64,000 nt of DNA from Marsupella aquatica. Its lineage: Eukaryota; Plantae; Marchantiophyta. Positions 1-14,690 of this stretch are shown piece by piece (the first letter of the stretch is position 1; the number at the start of each line of letters is the position of its first letter). Under the pieces are notes generated by a model. It saw only the letters and a list, made by a program, of their open reading frames with translations, did no database searches and was not told where the DNA came from. A program made the translations under genes and the position numbers. Where the stretch lies: NCBI GenBank assembly GCA_973895155.1, contig OZ316897.1, positions 17,156,058-17,220,057 of the forward strand, in the 5' to 3' direction.

Positions 1-224
1 GCCTGTGCTTAACTTTGCTCAGTAGTTCTCTAATTAGTGTATTCTGTGAAGCATCCTGTTTAAGAATTGCAGTTTCCATGAGTAAGAAGGCTCAATTTTC
101 TGAGAATACCTCGTCACTTTGAATTATAAGTTTTCGTGGACGTCGTGATCTATGTTGAAATCGTAAAATGGGAGGGCCCCCAGAACTTAACGCAGCTTTC
201 ATTGTTATGTGCTGTTTCCTCCAG

Positions 225-398
225 GATAGGGAGAGGTGGAGCATGGGTTGGCTCCAAAAGGTTGAAATACTTGACGCTCAAAATAAAGACACTGCGTCCA
301 ATCTAGTCTGTAAAGCTTGTAAAGGGAAGGGGCGACAGCCCTGCACTTGTACTTTCAGAGATCCTGATGAGACTGTATTGGACATTATAGAGGTTTAG
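225..398 (+). CDS. Terminal exon of a gene starting upstream of the window; DnaJ-type (CxxCxGxG) zinc-finger-like C-terminus
   Basis: Polypyrimidine tract and CAG acceptor at 222-224, then the frame DRERWSMGWLQKVEILDAQNKDTASNLVCKACKGKGRQPCTC...IIEV ending at TAG 396-398. Contains a CxxCxGxG motif. Confidence 0.6.
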   Translation, partial: DRERWSMGWLQKVEILDAQNKDTASNLVCKACKGKGRQPCTCTFRDPDETVLDIIEV

Positions 399-1819
399 AG
401 TGATTAAAAGAATTAGAAATTACTGTATCATATGACACCAAGGAATGTTCGAATTTGTGGTCGTAGATTGGCAGAGAGAAAGGTGCTGAATCTGGAGCTG
501 CACTAGGCTAACCAGCTCTCTTTGTTTCAGCTGGTGAGAAATTGCACCGTCTGATTACGCTTGTTTGCGTTTTCTATGGGTAGCGCTTTTCCAATTTGTG
601 AGATGAGTTCCAGGGAAGGGGCCATGTCATTTGAACGAAGGAAAACGAAATGACAAGTCAAGGAGTGGCGGCAAGTTGAGATGATGTCATTCACGCTGAA
701 ACACCTTGACTCGCTCAAAGGTTTTAGAGAGAGGCTAAGCATTTTGAGTCGTAAAAATAGAGGACACCTACTAAGCTTTGTTGATATCATTCAAGAGCTT
801 CCTATCAATCATCGGGTATTCACCTCCTCGACGTCAATGAACCTAGCCGAGATCTAATGTCTGTTTGTCACCAAGGCATGTAGACATTCTCTACCGCAAA
901 CAGAAAGCAATCCAATTTCCTCGTGGCGCAATGTCGAGTAGATTTTCTCCAGCTAAATTATATTGCAAACTCAAGAGCCCGCTGAGAAGAGCATATCTCT
1001 GTCATCTGAGGTCCATTTTGACGAGCTGTTTAAGGGGCTGGGTGCGGGAGCTCGCAGGCCTTCCAATTTTGGTTTCAGAAGTGCAGTTTGTGCACTCTCC
1101 ATCTTTTTTGTGTGGATTTGTTGTGACCATGTGTGGTAGGTGGATCGAGGAGCAGGAGCCCACCAGATTTAGGGCCCTTCCAGTCAGAGGTTTGTGAGGC
1201 ACATAAACTGTTCACCGCTCGTCGCCTTGGGTCCATCACTATGTTAACACCAATTAGTATGAAATGACAAAAGTATCAACAGGAAATGGAATCCATAGCA
1301 TTTGATCCACTGCAGATCTTTTGAGTAATGGCGGGTGATCAAAAGAGAGGTGATCCTGAGACTTGTGCCAGGTCTGTAGTTTTCTCATTTTCGAGCTGAA
1401 TTTTTGGAATTGGGCAAACAGAGAAGGGTGGTGATCAAAAGATATGGATCCAGAATATTTTTCCAAAAATGTGTCTCATTAATTTAATATCCGACAGAAA
1501 GTGTGTTTTGAATGTTATTGGGCATTCCAACAGCTATCTTTCTCGAAGGAATGCCAAATGCCAAATCCGATTAGAGGATTGACTTAAAATGCAATCAATA
1601 TTTTCTGGTTTGGGTTTTAGCCCTAGTTAGCCTGTACATATATTTATTTTTTCATTTTTATCGTGTTCGCCAAGTCAAGACAATAGGTAGATTGTTTCTT
1701 GCATTGTTGTGTCAGTTTTGTGTTAGTTTGGACATAGCCTACACATGGATGGTTTCTTGTTTTGTGAAAGCCGAGACATAGTTACGACATGGATCCTGTC
1801 TTGTGGTGTCGTGTCAGTT

Positions 1820-2260
1820 TGAGTTATTCGAGACCGGTCTGTGACACAGTTATCTGTAGTATTTGAACTTCAGGGATATGAAGAACACCATTGGATCATT
1901 CAGTCTGTATTATAAGAACTTCAGGGATCGGAAGCGCACCACTGGATCTGGTTTTAGCCTTTTTTTTTCAGTAGCTAGAAAATTGGTAGATTCCATCTCT
2001 CTGAAAAGTGAAATTTTTGGCCAAACTTAGCCAGAATTTTTGTCTCTCACTTGGCAGTTTCCCACCTAGCCAGAATCTTTGAGTTAGTCGAGACCGGTCC
2101 GTGATAATTTAATCTGTATCATTAGGTCTTCAGAGATTTGACGAGCACCATTGGATTTGGTTTCAGCCTTTGGTTAAGTAGCTAAAATTTGCTAGATTCT
2201 CTCGCTGAAAAGTACCATTTTTTGAAAAAATGGGCCATGGTTTTTGTCCTCCACTACCCA
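1820..2260. repeat. Diverged local tandem duplication (~260 bp period)
   Basis: GAGTTAxTCGAGACCGGTC at ~1821 and ~2081, followed in both copies by similar blocks (CACCAxTGGATxTGGTTTxAGCCTTT, AGTAGCTA, CTGAAAAGT). Confidence 0.6.
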
Positions 2261-5200
2261 GAATCTGACGTCCTTAAATCTAGGGTGCTCTGACTGTCAG
2301 AAATTAGTCTAGGGAAAACTAGCCTGGCTAAAAACAAACAACCTCAAAAATTATGCTGATCAGGTTCCCAGGGTCTCAAAAACATTAAGAATGTGACAAG
2401 TATGGCCCTCAAGAATCTCGGTTTACTACAGGAACAATGGTTGGCTCCACCAGCTCCCATTCTTTCTCAAAGAAAAATGTTGTTTCAACCCAACATTGCA
2501 TTCAGTCGGGTCCACTTCTCTACTTTCTCACTGCACAATGCTATAATGTCAATCCCTGTTCAAATGCAATGGTCCAGCCCTGCAGTAGATAAGCTACAGC
2601 TTGAAGACATTCATTCGAAGTCAGACTGGCAGTCTGCAGCAGAATGATCATTCGACTACAGTAAAGTTGAAATATCAAGAAAGATGTACCTATGGAGTTT
2701 TTCTAGGGAGTTGCTGGAACAACGCGTTCGACTTACTTCCGACCTTTTTGGGATGAGATCGAATCTTCCTGGAAACGGACCGGCTCGGCTGAACTCAATG
2801 TGCGCTAGATGCGTTAATTTAGAGAAAAGCATGTGGCTCTCAGAGAAAGAGTCTGGTACGTCACTGACAGTATTCTGTGGATCAACATGGAAGATTTGGG
2901 AATGCAGGACGTCGTGGTCGAATAGTGGAGGACAATCTTTGGAGCTTGGACCTGCTGTTGCCCCAATAATAATCATCTGTACAATGCATCGCCCACCGCA
3001 CTGCACTGTCACTCTGACCATAGCTTGCCCCCACTGCTGCTGAAGTCGAATGCCTTTCAATTCCCATGATTGCATGCACTTATGCGGTCTGGATAGTTAT
3101 GCCGGTACTCTAGATTCTGTAGCTGGTTCTGATCATCTGATCATCATTCAGTAGGAATTTTTCAAAGACTGAGGTCAGAGAGGGCGAGAGAATTGAAGCC
3201 TCTGTCAAAAGCAGCAGACTGCAAATGGGATTTCTGAAGTATCGGCACGGACTGGCTATAAATCTACTTTTATGAAATGAGAGCGGATCAATGTATGCTT
3301 TCGACCTAGAGCGTGACCGTCGACCTCTTCAGCTTATGTGTTCCTAATTTGTCGGTTAATTTATATATGTTATCGACAGTTTCGATCAGCAGCAGCACAG
3401 TACCCTGGTAAATTCGTAATACCGTAGAGTACACTAACTTGAAGCTGCAGATAGTCCTTACTACCGTTTCTGGTCGAACGATGGGCTAACTCTTCTAGAC
3501 TTCCAGTTCTACAGCTGTGACGGGGCCGTTTCCAGTCGAAGGTATTTGGAGTAGTATGTAGTATATGGCAATGCAGCAGTCTGTGAGCTATTTAGTTCCA
3601 AAGAACGAAAGTGAATCTCAGGCGAGCCATTCAATCGAGAGTTTGGAACGGCTCAACTTAAAGTGCAGCTAGAAAGACAGCTAGAGAGAGAGTTCTTGAA
3701 TACTAAGTAACATAAGGGAATATTGAAAGTAGCGCCATCCACCGCCGAGCACCAGCAAGTCAAGTCGTTTCCTGACTTCAGAATCCTTCGAGATGTTAAT
3801 CTTGAAGATCGATGGGCGGATTTTCATGAGCTTCATGATTATTTTAATTACCCCGTAGATTCGTGATCCATGATTATCTATTCATTGCCCTTTCACAGGA
3901 GGAGTAACTTTGGTTCAAATGTGGCGATGGTCGCCTAAAGGGAATCCGTTAGTCCGTCGCCTTTGATTAAGACTTGGCCAAGGGGTTAGGCTAATTTCTG
4001 AAGCCAGAAAGCTCCAAGCTGATAGACCTGTGCTGGACATTAAAAGTGACGATTGCGATCAAGATACCCACATTCCTCAGATGTGAAATGAATGTGTCAA
4101 AAGATATGTTTTGTAGAGCGAAGTTTTGTCACACCAGAACCAAAAAATTCAAAGCAAATTAAGTTTTTGGAACCTTACAGTGGAACTTGACTAATTGGAT
4201 GATTCAACTTATCTAGCTTCGCAAGTAGAAAGGACTACTGTAGGCAAAGTTTACGAGGGCTCTACGAATCTCAGGTCACTAGGATGTACAAAAATCTCAG
4301 GTCACTAGGATTGAAGGATGTACAAAAATCAAATGGCCAGAAAGGAAGACAGCAAATCTGTAAGTGTTTGCTTCCTCAGCTTTACAATGTTGTGCAGATC
4401 CCCATCCAACCTCCCTTGCAAAGCTGCAGCTGGTTCGTAGATTCGAAGTGGGGGTCATAAAAGCTAGGGGATCTCCTGTAAAGATGGACTCGAGAGTTTA
4501 AGGACGAACCAGTAAACAATTGGACTGATGAGTTGGCAAGAATTTCTGTCGAGACGCCAGCTTTCGACATAACTATGGTCCAGATCGATCGGGTCGAGGT
4601 GTGAGAAAAGAGTAGAACCAGAATCAGAAAGTATATGATTTGATGGTCTTGCATGCATGCACACCAATGTAAACTTCCGGGTCCCACTTTCCTCTCAGAT
4701 GTGACGACCTGCAACCACGTCACCCTTGTATTCTGGCAATCCAGTCTATTTTTGTGTCTCAAACGGTGACTTTACTGAGAAGTACTGGCAATCCAATTTC
4801 GAAACAGCAACTTTTATCTTTGAGCGACGCTTCTGTTCTTGAGAGTACATCCCGGACCAGGTGCGCCTGACGGGTCCTCCACCTCTAGCTGTCATCTTCT
4901 TTTGTTATGGCAGTAACTGTAGACCCTGTCCAGTCCACTAAGTAACAATTTTAGAGTAGGCCCATTACCTTTCAAATCAGTGATGAAGTATTGGATTCCG
5001 GAAAGTGCCACTGCTTGAGTTACGAGGCGTCTTCACAATTCAAAATGATCCCTATCCTGAGAAGTTTCTACGGTCAGAGATTTTTACGTGATTGAAGATC
5101 CTCCTTTGTTTCTCAGCACAATGTTCGCTTTGTTTTGTCCTTCGGATTAGCTCTAAAATTGCTGTCCTATGGTAAGGTCACAAAACATTCGCGACCTTTC

Positions 5201-8200
5201 CGAGGTTCTTTCGAAGGTAACGGAGCGAAACATGCCCAGGTTGGACCTTCAGACTTGGAGGGACGTTCCTTAGTCGCGAGAAATGTGGAAGACAACCTTG
5301 TTTCCAACTCTTTGGTTCTGTCATAATTACTGTAGAGTTGTGGAGCTCCGGTTTCAGGACCTCCTTTGCGTTTATTCCGCCATACGTACTTTGTTTGGCC
5401 CTTTTTGAGTAATGCGTCTGAGTACAGCTTCTCTACGAGGTGGTTGAAGTTGAACAGTGGTTTGACGGATGTCGCCGATTAGATCCATGTGCTAATATGT
5501 TCCGCCAAAGTTTGAATCAGAGCTGGCTGTAGCAAACTCGTACAAGGTTGAGTGTGCCGGCCAGTACGTCTGTACAGCGGCACAGTTGATGGTCGATCCA
5601 ATTAATGAACTTAGGCATGGGCTTATGTAATAGAATTGGATGACTGAAAGGACGAGTTTTGTCTTCAAAGGGATGCTGGAGAAGACCAACTGACATGCCA
5701 ATGTTTGTCATCATAAATCCAACTGTGAACGTATTCTTTCCAGAGGCTCTGTCTGGATCTATTTAATTTTCCCAGTGCGTGTGCTCAAGTACCCTGCTGT
5801 TTTAGTTCTTTAATAATTGTTCGCTTGTTTGAATATTCTCTGGATGACGAATGATAGCGTTCAAAACTATCTTGCTTTGTCTGGAAATTTTTCAATGAAT
5901 TCCATTCGGAGCTCTGGTCAAAAGTTTTGCTTCAGAATCATTCGTTCAACTTTCTCCTGTCGTAACACGGGGTTCTGTCAGAGCAGTGGTTCTAAGGGAG
6001 CGTAATAGTGCACACTGTGGCACAAGTCGCGTCACGCAACTGCGACCAATGACTTCATCAATCAATTAAGACTATTGTAATCAAGTCTCCTCACGGTAGT
6101 ATCCAGGTTCATTCAGGGCACAATCACGAAGTTCAGAACCACTGAGCTGGACCCAAGGCACTCTCGGTCAATCGGGTTTGACATTGATTCACACGGGGAA
6201 AAGACCGACCGCTTGCCAAGAATCAACTGGACAGCATTATGATCGAATGATGGTCAAATGACACTGAGAATGACGGTGGAAATTCCCACTGTCTAGGATT
6301 CTGAAATGAGCAACGAGTGGTCAATTGTACATGTGGGTGACAGTCAAATTATGGTGCCTCGCTGAGTAGCAAAGCTGAAGACAATCTTTTGTCCAGAGCC
6401 AGGGCAAGCGGTCTGCACCGCATGTCTTGTAGATAAGAGATGAGACATTACAATTGTACTACGGTCTAGATCTTGAGTTACAACACTAGTACCGTAGGTC
6501 TGTCTCCTCTTAAAACAAAATTAATACATAACTCCTGGTTTCAATATGCTTTGAAGTTTGAAATGAGCTATGGATGCCGTAGTAAGCCTGGATAGTTCAT
6601 TTCGAAGAAAATTGGTAACCGGAATCGCTCATTTTAAGCAAATTCGAACTAACAATTTTCATTTGTTTTAGAGTAGAAATAAAATCAAACGCTCAGAATT
6701 GGGTTGTTTATTGGGTGTATTACGAATTGGAAGCTGGATGCGAATGGGACAAAGGGTCTGGTCGGCTGCCATCTCACTTACCATGCAATGAGCCCGCTGG
6801 CTGTCATTTAAGATATAGAGAGGCTCCAACATAGTTTCAACTTTCAAACCTGCGCACAAAATTAAACAGGAACTATCAGTTTGATTGTGACTAGTAATCT
6901 GCAACTTTCTAGACAGGACCGCCGGAAGTCTGTACGGTGTTCTACTTTTCGAGTTTTCCGAACTCCAATGTCAAATACCGCCGACTCAGCCACCATGGTT
7001 CGTTTCCCTTTACTTCTTCTTAACAAAGACAAGATAGGGAATGAATGGATACTGGTGCTCTATTCGGCTGATGCCGGTTTCAAAGCATCCGCAAGATTAC
7101 GGCGTTTGTCTCATCATGCCGCAAACCTCCGCCTATTGTGTACGACACAAAACCCTTCACCTACTCTCGTTACAAACAACCTACTTCTCCCAAATCTCTA
7201 CTTAGTTCGAGTAGCTGCAGGCACATGCGGCCCAACATAATATGATTTTAGTTCCTCCTTTGCAACAGAACTTGTTTACCTATCATGTCACCTGTCGTGG
7301 GCCGTTATTCCAATTCCATTCACAATTGTGTCATGATTGTTGACTAACAAGACCATACCGGTACAGAGTGGCGTTGGCTTCACGCGTATCAGTGGTAGTG
7401 GCGGTCAAATAGTTGATAATATCGATCTCGGCAGGAGAGCGCGTGTGGATTGATTCCCAAAGTTCCATGCGTAGAAGAGACGTAATGGCCAGTGCGGAAA
7501 TGTGATGCTTTTGAAGTGTCTTAAGTGAAAGGTCCGAGTTCTATGAAAGCTATGCCGCAAACCTACCAGTCTACTGTAGCTTCAGTGCTAATTTCCAACG
7601 AAGAAAACGAGAACACCCAGCACAAACGGAAACCTGAAGCTGCTAAACAAAGGGATATACAATTATACAGCCCAGGCTCTCTTGTAGTTTGTGCGAGATC
7701 TATAATAGCTGACGTAGTTGTTCGCTGTACGTAGGGAGTAATAGCATCAGCCAATCCCAATCCGGGTTTTATTTGTGGTTTGCCAATGATGTGCTCCTTT
7801 TGCCTCGAACGTAGGATTCAGTTCTTCTCAGCGGCGTTCCTCTACTACCGGAGTCTGCTATTGAGTGCCATGCTGAAATGATAATTACATACTTTACTAC
7901 CTACAGTACGTCCTTCGAATTGCCAATCCTCGTGATCGAAGTTGTAGCCCGATTTGTAGTTATGCAAGTACACTTTGATACAGGAATATGAGGCAATCGA
8001 AGCTGTGAATTGAGTGAGGCATTCTAAACGGAAAGGGACCCACGGAACGGATGTCGAGCCAGTTTGTTGCTGGTACTAAAAGCTAGGCAAGCTTATCAGC
8101 GGAGCGTGTGAGCTGCGAACAAGATCGAGCTCAACCCCGACCGCTCTTCCCATGCGTCCAGGCCGCTGTCTACTGGGCCCCCCAGAGCGAGAGTTGACCT

Positions 8201-9299
8201 TGCCAGACGCCAGTCGCCAGTAGCAAGGATACTCCTACTCCTAGAATCATGGCTGCACTTGTAGACTATGATCCTCAGGCACTCATATCAAATTCTGCGC
8301 ACTTTCCAACCTGTAAGAAAACTCAAGTATCCCCTACATTCTTCTCTCTCAATGGAGACGAGCTCGAGCTTGGAGACGAGCTGAGCTCACATTGTTTAAA
8401 TGTGAACAAATTCAAGGTGGGCCGTGATGCGAGGTGGTCCCACATTCCCACTCTCCCAGTCGAATTCCTGATTTTAAAAGATAGTTCCACGCGCACTACA
8501 GGAGTAACAGGAGTACAGGAGGATAGCCTTCGGCATAGAGTTGAAGCTTTTACTCACACGAGACAAGAAGTAACAGCGCTTTCATCGAGCCCAATAAGCA
8601 AAATCATGTGCCTTCAATGTGACAGTGATTACTGTCTCTGGGCAAAGGCACGCTTGAGCATGGGACCAGCAACGACATAGCCAATGAAACGGCCATAGAC
8701 TGTGAGGGGCCACGGGGAGAGAGTTCACATGGAAACTGGGTGTTTTTGTTTCTTTCCAATGACACTTTTTGCAGCTCGTAGCAAATCATGACACCATCCA
8801 CTAAGCGTCTAAGCCACTAAGCCAGCCAGCCCAGGCATGTATTTATCCACACACTATAATATGTTATCCCACCCATTTTACAAAAAGTAAGAAGGCAAGG
8901 AATGAATTGTGGTACTGTACTTAAAAAATGAGGAAGGTTTTTTATTTGGACGGTTGGATTTGCCAAAAACCCCTCTTGCCTGCCCTCCCCCCTCCCCCCC
9001 CCCCCCCCCCCTCTTTTTGGGTAGCATTACAACCATCCCTTCCATCCCTGCAAGGCCTTGCCCATGACCATTCCCCATATGACACGGTTCCTGTTGAGTC
9101 ATCACACTTTTGCTCCAGTTTCTGTTTTAAATCGGAAGCCGCCCATAACTCAGTTTCCAACAACTTTGAATTTGAATTTGGGCCCTTTGTTTGACTACAT
9201 TGTGCTGGGTGATAAGCACAATTAGACAATGTCTGTGCAAGCACAGAAAATGCTAAGTGGGGTAAAGAAGTGCAGGTGAGGCAAGAAATTATCTTGGCT

Positions 9300-12200
9300 A
9301 CAGTCCAAGTGCAATTGTGGGGGAGCCAAAACAAGAAATACCTCCCACAAGCTATTTAACCTAAGAATTATTATTTTCCATTCAGGATTTGTTGAAGGTC
9401 AAGCAAGTATGGAGTACTCCATAAACAAAATTGAAAAGCTTTCTGAAGTAGCAAGTCTCCTTTAACAACACTAACAGCAAAAGACAGCTAGAACTCTCAC
9501 TAAGTGGCAAGCAAGCATATGCATTTGTTTAACACTGCCAGACAGCAAAATGGGGAGACAGGATCCCGAACATAGGAGAGCCAATACAGGGGAGAAATCA
9601 AGCCAGGGAAGAACCATGAGTACCAAAGAGCCATTACGCCCAAGAGCCAGACAACCTTAGAGTCCCCAACAATGGTGATGTCTACCCGGCCTGCGAGCAA
9701 AGGTTTGTGGTCACGATAGGCGGAACATGGAATTTCTGTTTTGACAATATGATGTGCAATATGGTCCAGCCAGTGGTCCGGCAATACTTGTGTGGCCCAT
9801 TTGTGGGCCACATCACAACAACTGAACAAAGAACAGCCAGTGACTGCGTATTAGTCTAGTCTATTAACATTCTCAATGATGCATATCATTGCAAAGAATC
9901 AGAATACTTTTCAACTAACTTCCCAAATGATGATATAGTAGGAGCCAAATTACTTAGGTTGGCTTACAAGACATGGGGGCCCATCGCTTCCTTTTATTCG
10001 CTTCTAGATTAAATCTAGATGGCAGGCGATGGAAATTCTTGCAACCCGCTTTACAGGAACTCATGGCCCACTTATGGCCCCTTCAACGGATGGTGTCTAC
10101 CATGGCAAGTCCAAGGAAATATTAATTTAGAGTGTTTGTTTTGTCTAGACTTTCAGACTACCTCTAAGGCTGTCCAAATATTTCCAAACATTGGTTCCTT
10201 CATTAAAAGGGACAGTATTCAGATCACTAGATTGCCATCCAATTTACTTTGGTGAATGACCAATAGGGTGCCCCCAGGTCTTGTAAAGCCACCCTTACCC
10301 CACAGCTTCCACTGTAAACTATTATGTGTAACGCATAGTACTCTTTTTCACTCAGAGTAACTCTGGTATTTGAGAAAGCATATTTTATTTTCAGAAATTA
10401 TTGAATACCAGTGGCATTGGTTGAACTTCAGTTTAATTATGCGAGCCGAAAACTGAGCCCAAATGGGGTATTGTCAAATTCGAGCGGATGTTATTTTATA
10501 TTGTCTGAGTACAATGTATACCATTCAAACTATACATGCCATTCAGATCATTTATCCCTACTGTATATTCCGTGGAAACTGTATTCCTGTCATCATCTTT
10601 TTTCAAAAACTACCCACCTTATTTCATCATTTTTCATTTCCAAATCTGAGATGGATTGATATTCAAATTTCCCAGAATATCCTTCACTTGCTGGTCTACG
10701 CACTTACAAGCATTTGAGAGAATGGGTCCCTAAAAGTTTGCTAAAGAGGATTCCAATAATCAGGGAGTCTCAAAGCTGACAATCTTATTGTAGTTATGGG
10801 CTATTGGATACAAAATGTTATGGACTACAAAAGTCATAGACCTTTAACTTTTTGCCATAAGGATTGGTCTTATGTCATAATCATTAGTCACAGCAGAGGT
10901 TGGTGAAAGAAAAAACAAAAATGCTTTTACAAAGTAGTGAAAAAGTTTTGACCAATGTTTTATGACACCATCCATCCCTAATTTCCAAGCTTTGAGGCTC
11001 TCTATTAGTTCATACATGTTTAAGGAGTATTTCAGCCTATATTTCACCTTCCTGTGACCTTCCCTTTGTTCTTTGCAGAAGTCTAATTTTTGTTGCACTA
11101 TTGGTTGGTACCTATGAACTACATTGGATACTTAAGCCATTAACAAGCTCAACATATTTTGACAAATACTCTTTGGTTGCAGGCGTGGTCTAGTTAGTTC
11201 ACCTTAAGGGTGACTAAATAGACTATCATATATCCAAATGCTGAGCGTGAATGCCTTTGAGAATTACCAAGAAAAAATTGACGCCGGGCATTAAGTTGTT
11301 ACTCCTTATTCTGCAATGCTACAGTAGCTTCTGTCAGTGGAAGAATACATAATCATACTTCTTTTTGTGGACTGACTGTCTGACGAGCCAGGCAGAGGGC
11401 ACCACCAGTCTAGAGGAATAATATAATATTTAATATAAATTATAGTTTATAAGACTTGATCAGACAACTACTAGTCTACTGCAACCCCAATACCCCATCA
11501 TTCCTTTCTAATAAGTTTTGACACAGCGCCGTCTTTACTGGCCGGAGTGGAGCCTCTCGATTGGGCCTCAATGTGGCAGTCTGTGTGGCGGTATTGTCGC
11601 TCACTAGTCTAATAACCTACTCCCTCAGTAGCAAAGCTAACCCCACCAATTTTGGCCTTCACTCTACTATTCCACTGACATTGCCTTGCTTTGCAACACT
11701 TGCCACCAAAGTATCAGTCAGAGCGTGAATCCAAGTGTTGATGCCCTTCAGCGATAATTGTCTTTGTAATTTAGCATTGATGCCCTGTAGTGATTTTTGT
11801 CTTTGTAATCTGGCGTCGATGCCCTTAGAGATTTTGTCTTTTTAGTTTTCTCGAGCAGAATGCAGATTTGGATCAGCTCATTATGAAGATTTTGACTTAG
11901 TGAGTAAAAATAAGAATGGAGTAGGCTTTTAAGTATATTAAGGTCTTTGCCAGAACATTAGGGGTAATAAATAGGGGCATTGTGGTACATAACGCCACGT
12001 AGACAAGATTTTGCTATATTCTTAAATTTGCTTAGACTGTGTGGCATTCTTATTGTACATTGCCAAGATACAAATTGGGAGAACGTATTGGAAGGGTGGA
12101 GAAAAACTTTTTTGGTTTTATTTTCATTTCTTAATTGGAAATCACGTTCATAGATCCCGTCAAGGTGTTTCTTTTGAGCCCCATATGGCCTCCTGAGATG

Positions 12201-14200
12201 GACAGGCAATATTGCTAAATGCAATTATTCTATGTCATGGAAAAGTTCCAAGACTCCTGCACTGAATTGTCAATCCCTGCCCTAAATTTGGCCCTCAACA
12301 AATATTACTCTTCTAGAAAATGCTATGCACTTAAGAGTAAGTGAAAGTCTACCAAATTGTGCATTTACCAATAAGTGTGAATGTACGCCCATCATAGGTT
12401 TGCAGTCATAAAGTTTTATTTAGCAAAAACAATTCAGGCCTGGTTGCAAAAGGGAAGCATTGCAGTTTTCCAGGTTTTGCACTTATTAAGTGTGCACTTA
12501 GAGAGAGACCTTGTGCATACAAATAGGAAGTAATCATCATCTCACAAGTCGGTAAGAATCTCTTGGAAGGTGCCATTGTAGGCATGCAATACTATATTAA
12601 ATTTATGCGCTAGCACAGCCTCTGAGAAAAGCTACCATATTATATATTTGTTGTTATGTTATTGTTATGGTTACTACTCTAGGTACGTTGGTGACGCTCT
12701 ACTGTACCTTACGGCCTACTACAGGCTGCTGGTAGGGGTGTTGCACATTATTTTGCTGCCGGAAAGAGTCCCTAAAAGCCGTTCCTCTGTGGCAAGTTAT
12801 GCAGTACAAATCTAGGACTCATCATCATTTCTTTGACACTTTTGAACATTTGTCGTGCAATGATACCAGGGCCCCACAATGCCCACAACTCCACAGTTCC
12901 ACAACGTCCATAGTGGCATAGTCCCATACAACCCATCTTACTAGGATTAGGTCGAAGCTTTCATTACTCTGATTGGGTGCACCACGGGAGTCATGTTTAC
13001 AGTAATGATGAGTGACACTACACAACAATGCAAATTATCTCCTTTTAGCACGACAATATACAAATTATCTCTGGCTTTGCATGGATTAGGGAGGAGACTC
13101 AAGGTCGAAGCTAATCAATGCGATTAGCATTGATTAGCCCGTATGAAGCTGCCCGCTGTCTATTTCTAGTGATGCAAGTATTAGGTTAAATAATGGGTGC
13201 ACTTTATTGTGGTCACCAGCTGCCTGTAGGCTGGTAGAGGTGCTCTATGGGGCAGGGAGGTCTCAGGTTCAAACCATGCCAGCAAATGGAGCTTTTGACA
13301 TTCACTCCACCCAAAAGTGGGGTTCATTCATACCCTCTTGACATCCAAAACAATTTGGACTCACCCGGGTTTGTATGCGAGCAGCTACTTATGGAGTCTC
13401 TTAATGAGCCTCGAGCTTGAGTTTGGTGGTGAATTTGCATGGATAATGGGAGTGACATATTCATTGAGGCTAGCATGAATGCCAAGAGGATAATTTTGTG
13501 TACTTCCAATACTTTTTCATGTCACTTTTGGATATTTCTAGCATCATTATCTTAGCATACAAGGATACCTGATAACCTGAAATAAGCATGGATCACCTAG
13601 TATTTGGAGAGGGAATAGATTGAGTCTGTGCATGGCATCTGCAAGCATTGACAAATTTCAAGCTCACAAAGCCTTGTGCAGCGTCATCGAGCACTACATC
13701 TGGTTATCAGAAATATTCATCAAAAACTTCTTAATCACCTCCATTGGACAAAAATGCAGTATTTAAATAGATGTAAGACTACACTGTGTAATTCACAAGA
13801 TATTGGTGGATACAAGCCTCAAGAGCTCTAGGTCACAAGATTGGGAGTTGATGCCTTCCAAGAATTGTTGACACCCTTCAAGAGCTGTTGGCACCCAGGC
13901 ATTCAAACATCTTCGTCATTCAGTTGATCTGAGGGGCATGTCAAAGTTAACCTGTCTCAAACGAATCACCTCTGGATTGATTCATCCAAAAGTTGAGCTT
14001 CCATCAGGGTCACGGATGTGGATTTCTCATGGGGGCTTACAAAACAATGGGAAACAGCAAGTTTGAGGCTCACTACCAGCATCTCTAACCCCACAGGGTT
14101 TTGTTCCTGTAATTGGGTGTTAACCCAATGGAAAAAATATTTAAAAATCAGGTCCAACCCATTCACTTGGACACTATCTAGAACACTATCTGGATTTCAG
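9300..14200 (-). mobile_element. Highly decayed retroelement debris (LINE-like and possibly gypsy integrase-like fragments)
   Basis: Only weak motif remnants in broken frames: DHKPLL (9500-9829, like the APE-endonuclease SDHxP motif), LKAWKLGMDG (10844-11098, like the LINE RT KAPGxDG motif) and GGHMG near 12180 (like the integrase zinc-binding region). No intact ORF. Confidence 0.3.
13222..13285 (+). mobile_element. tRNA-derived SINE-like head (degenerate)
   Basis: A-box-like TAGGCTGGTAGAG and B-box GGTTCAAACC at tRNA-like spacing; I could not fold a convincing cloverleaf. Confidence 0.3.
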
Positions 14201-14214
14201 GAACAAGATTGTTT

Positions 14215-14293
14215 AGATCTGCATATGGAAAATCTTGTCAATAGATCTGCATATGGAAAATCTTGTCAATAGATCTGCATCTGGAAAAGCTTG
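14215..14293. repeat. 28-bp tandem repeat (~2.8 copies)
   Basis: AGATCTGCATATGGAAAATCTTGTCAAT repeated twice, plus a partial third copy. Confidence 0.85.
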
Positions 14294-14434
14294 CAGAGCA
14301 GTTGACTCCTAACCTGATTCGTTGCCTGGTTTCCAAGATCTAAGTTAATAATTGTCAATTGTTGATACCTGTTGTTTAGGTAAATTTATGTCATCACAAT
14401 TGGGGGTGGGGGGGGCTTTTCAATTGGCCCCTAA

Positions 14435-14527
14435 AGATACATATAATAGTACATTATCAGACTGGGTATTTAAGATACCCAGATACATATAATAGTACAT
14501 TATCAGACTGGGTATTTAAGGTACCCA
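14435..14527. repeat. 46-bp tandem duplication
   Basis: AGATACATATAATAGTACATTATCAGACTGGGTATTTAAG(A/G)TACCC occurs twice. Confidence 0.9.
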
Positions 14528-14690
14528 AGGCCCTAATACTCTAGAAAAGTAAAAATAAATTGGTGGAATTGGTTTATTCAAGCACAAGACGCGGGCCTTG
14601 TTTCCAGCGCCACATACAGAAATTTCGAAGTATATTGTACACATAGTCCTTTACCTTCCTTTACCGCAGCGTGTTTTTTAGTGGCTAAAA

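Noticed and set aside
8981-9013. Poly-C tract with overlapping Pro/Gly-rich ORFs
   Set aside because: Low-complexity homopolymer; the ORFs have no recognisable domain.
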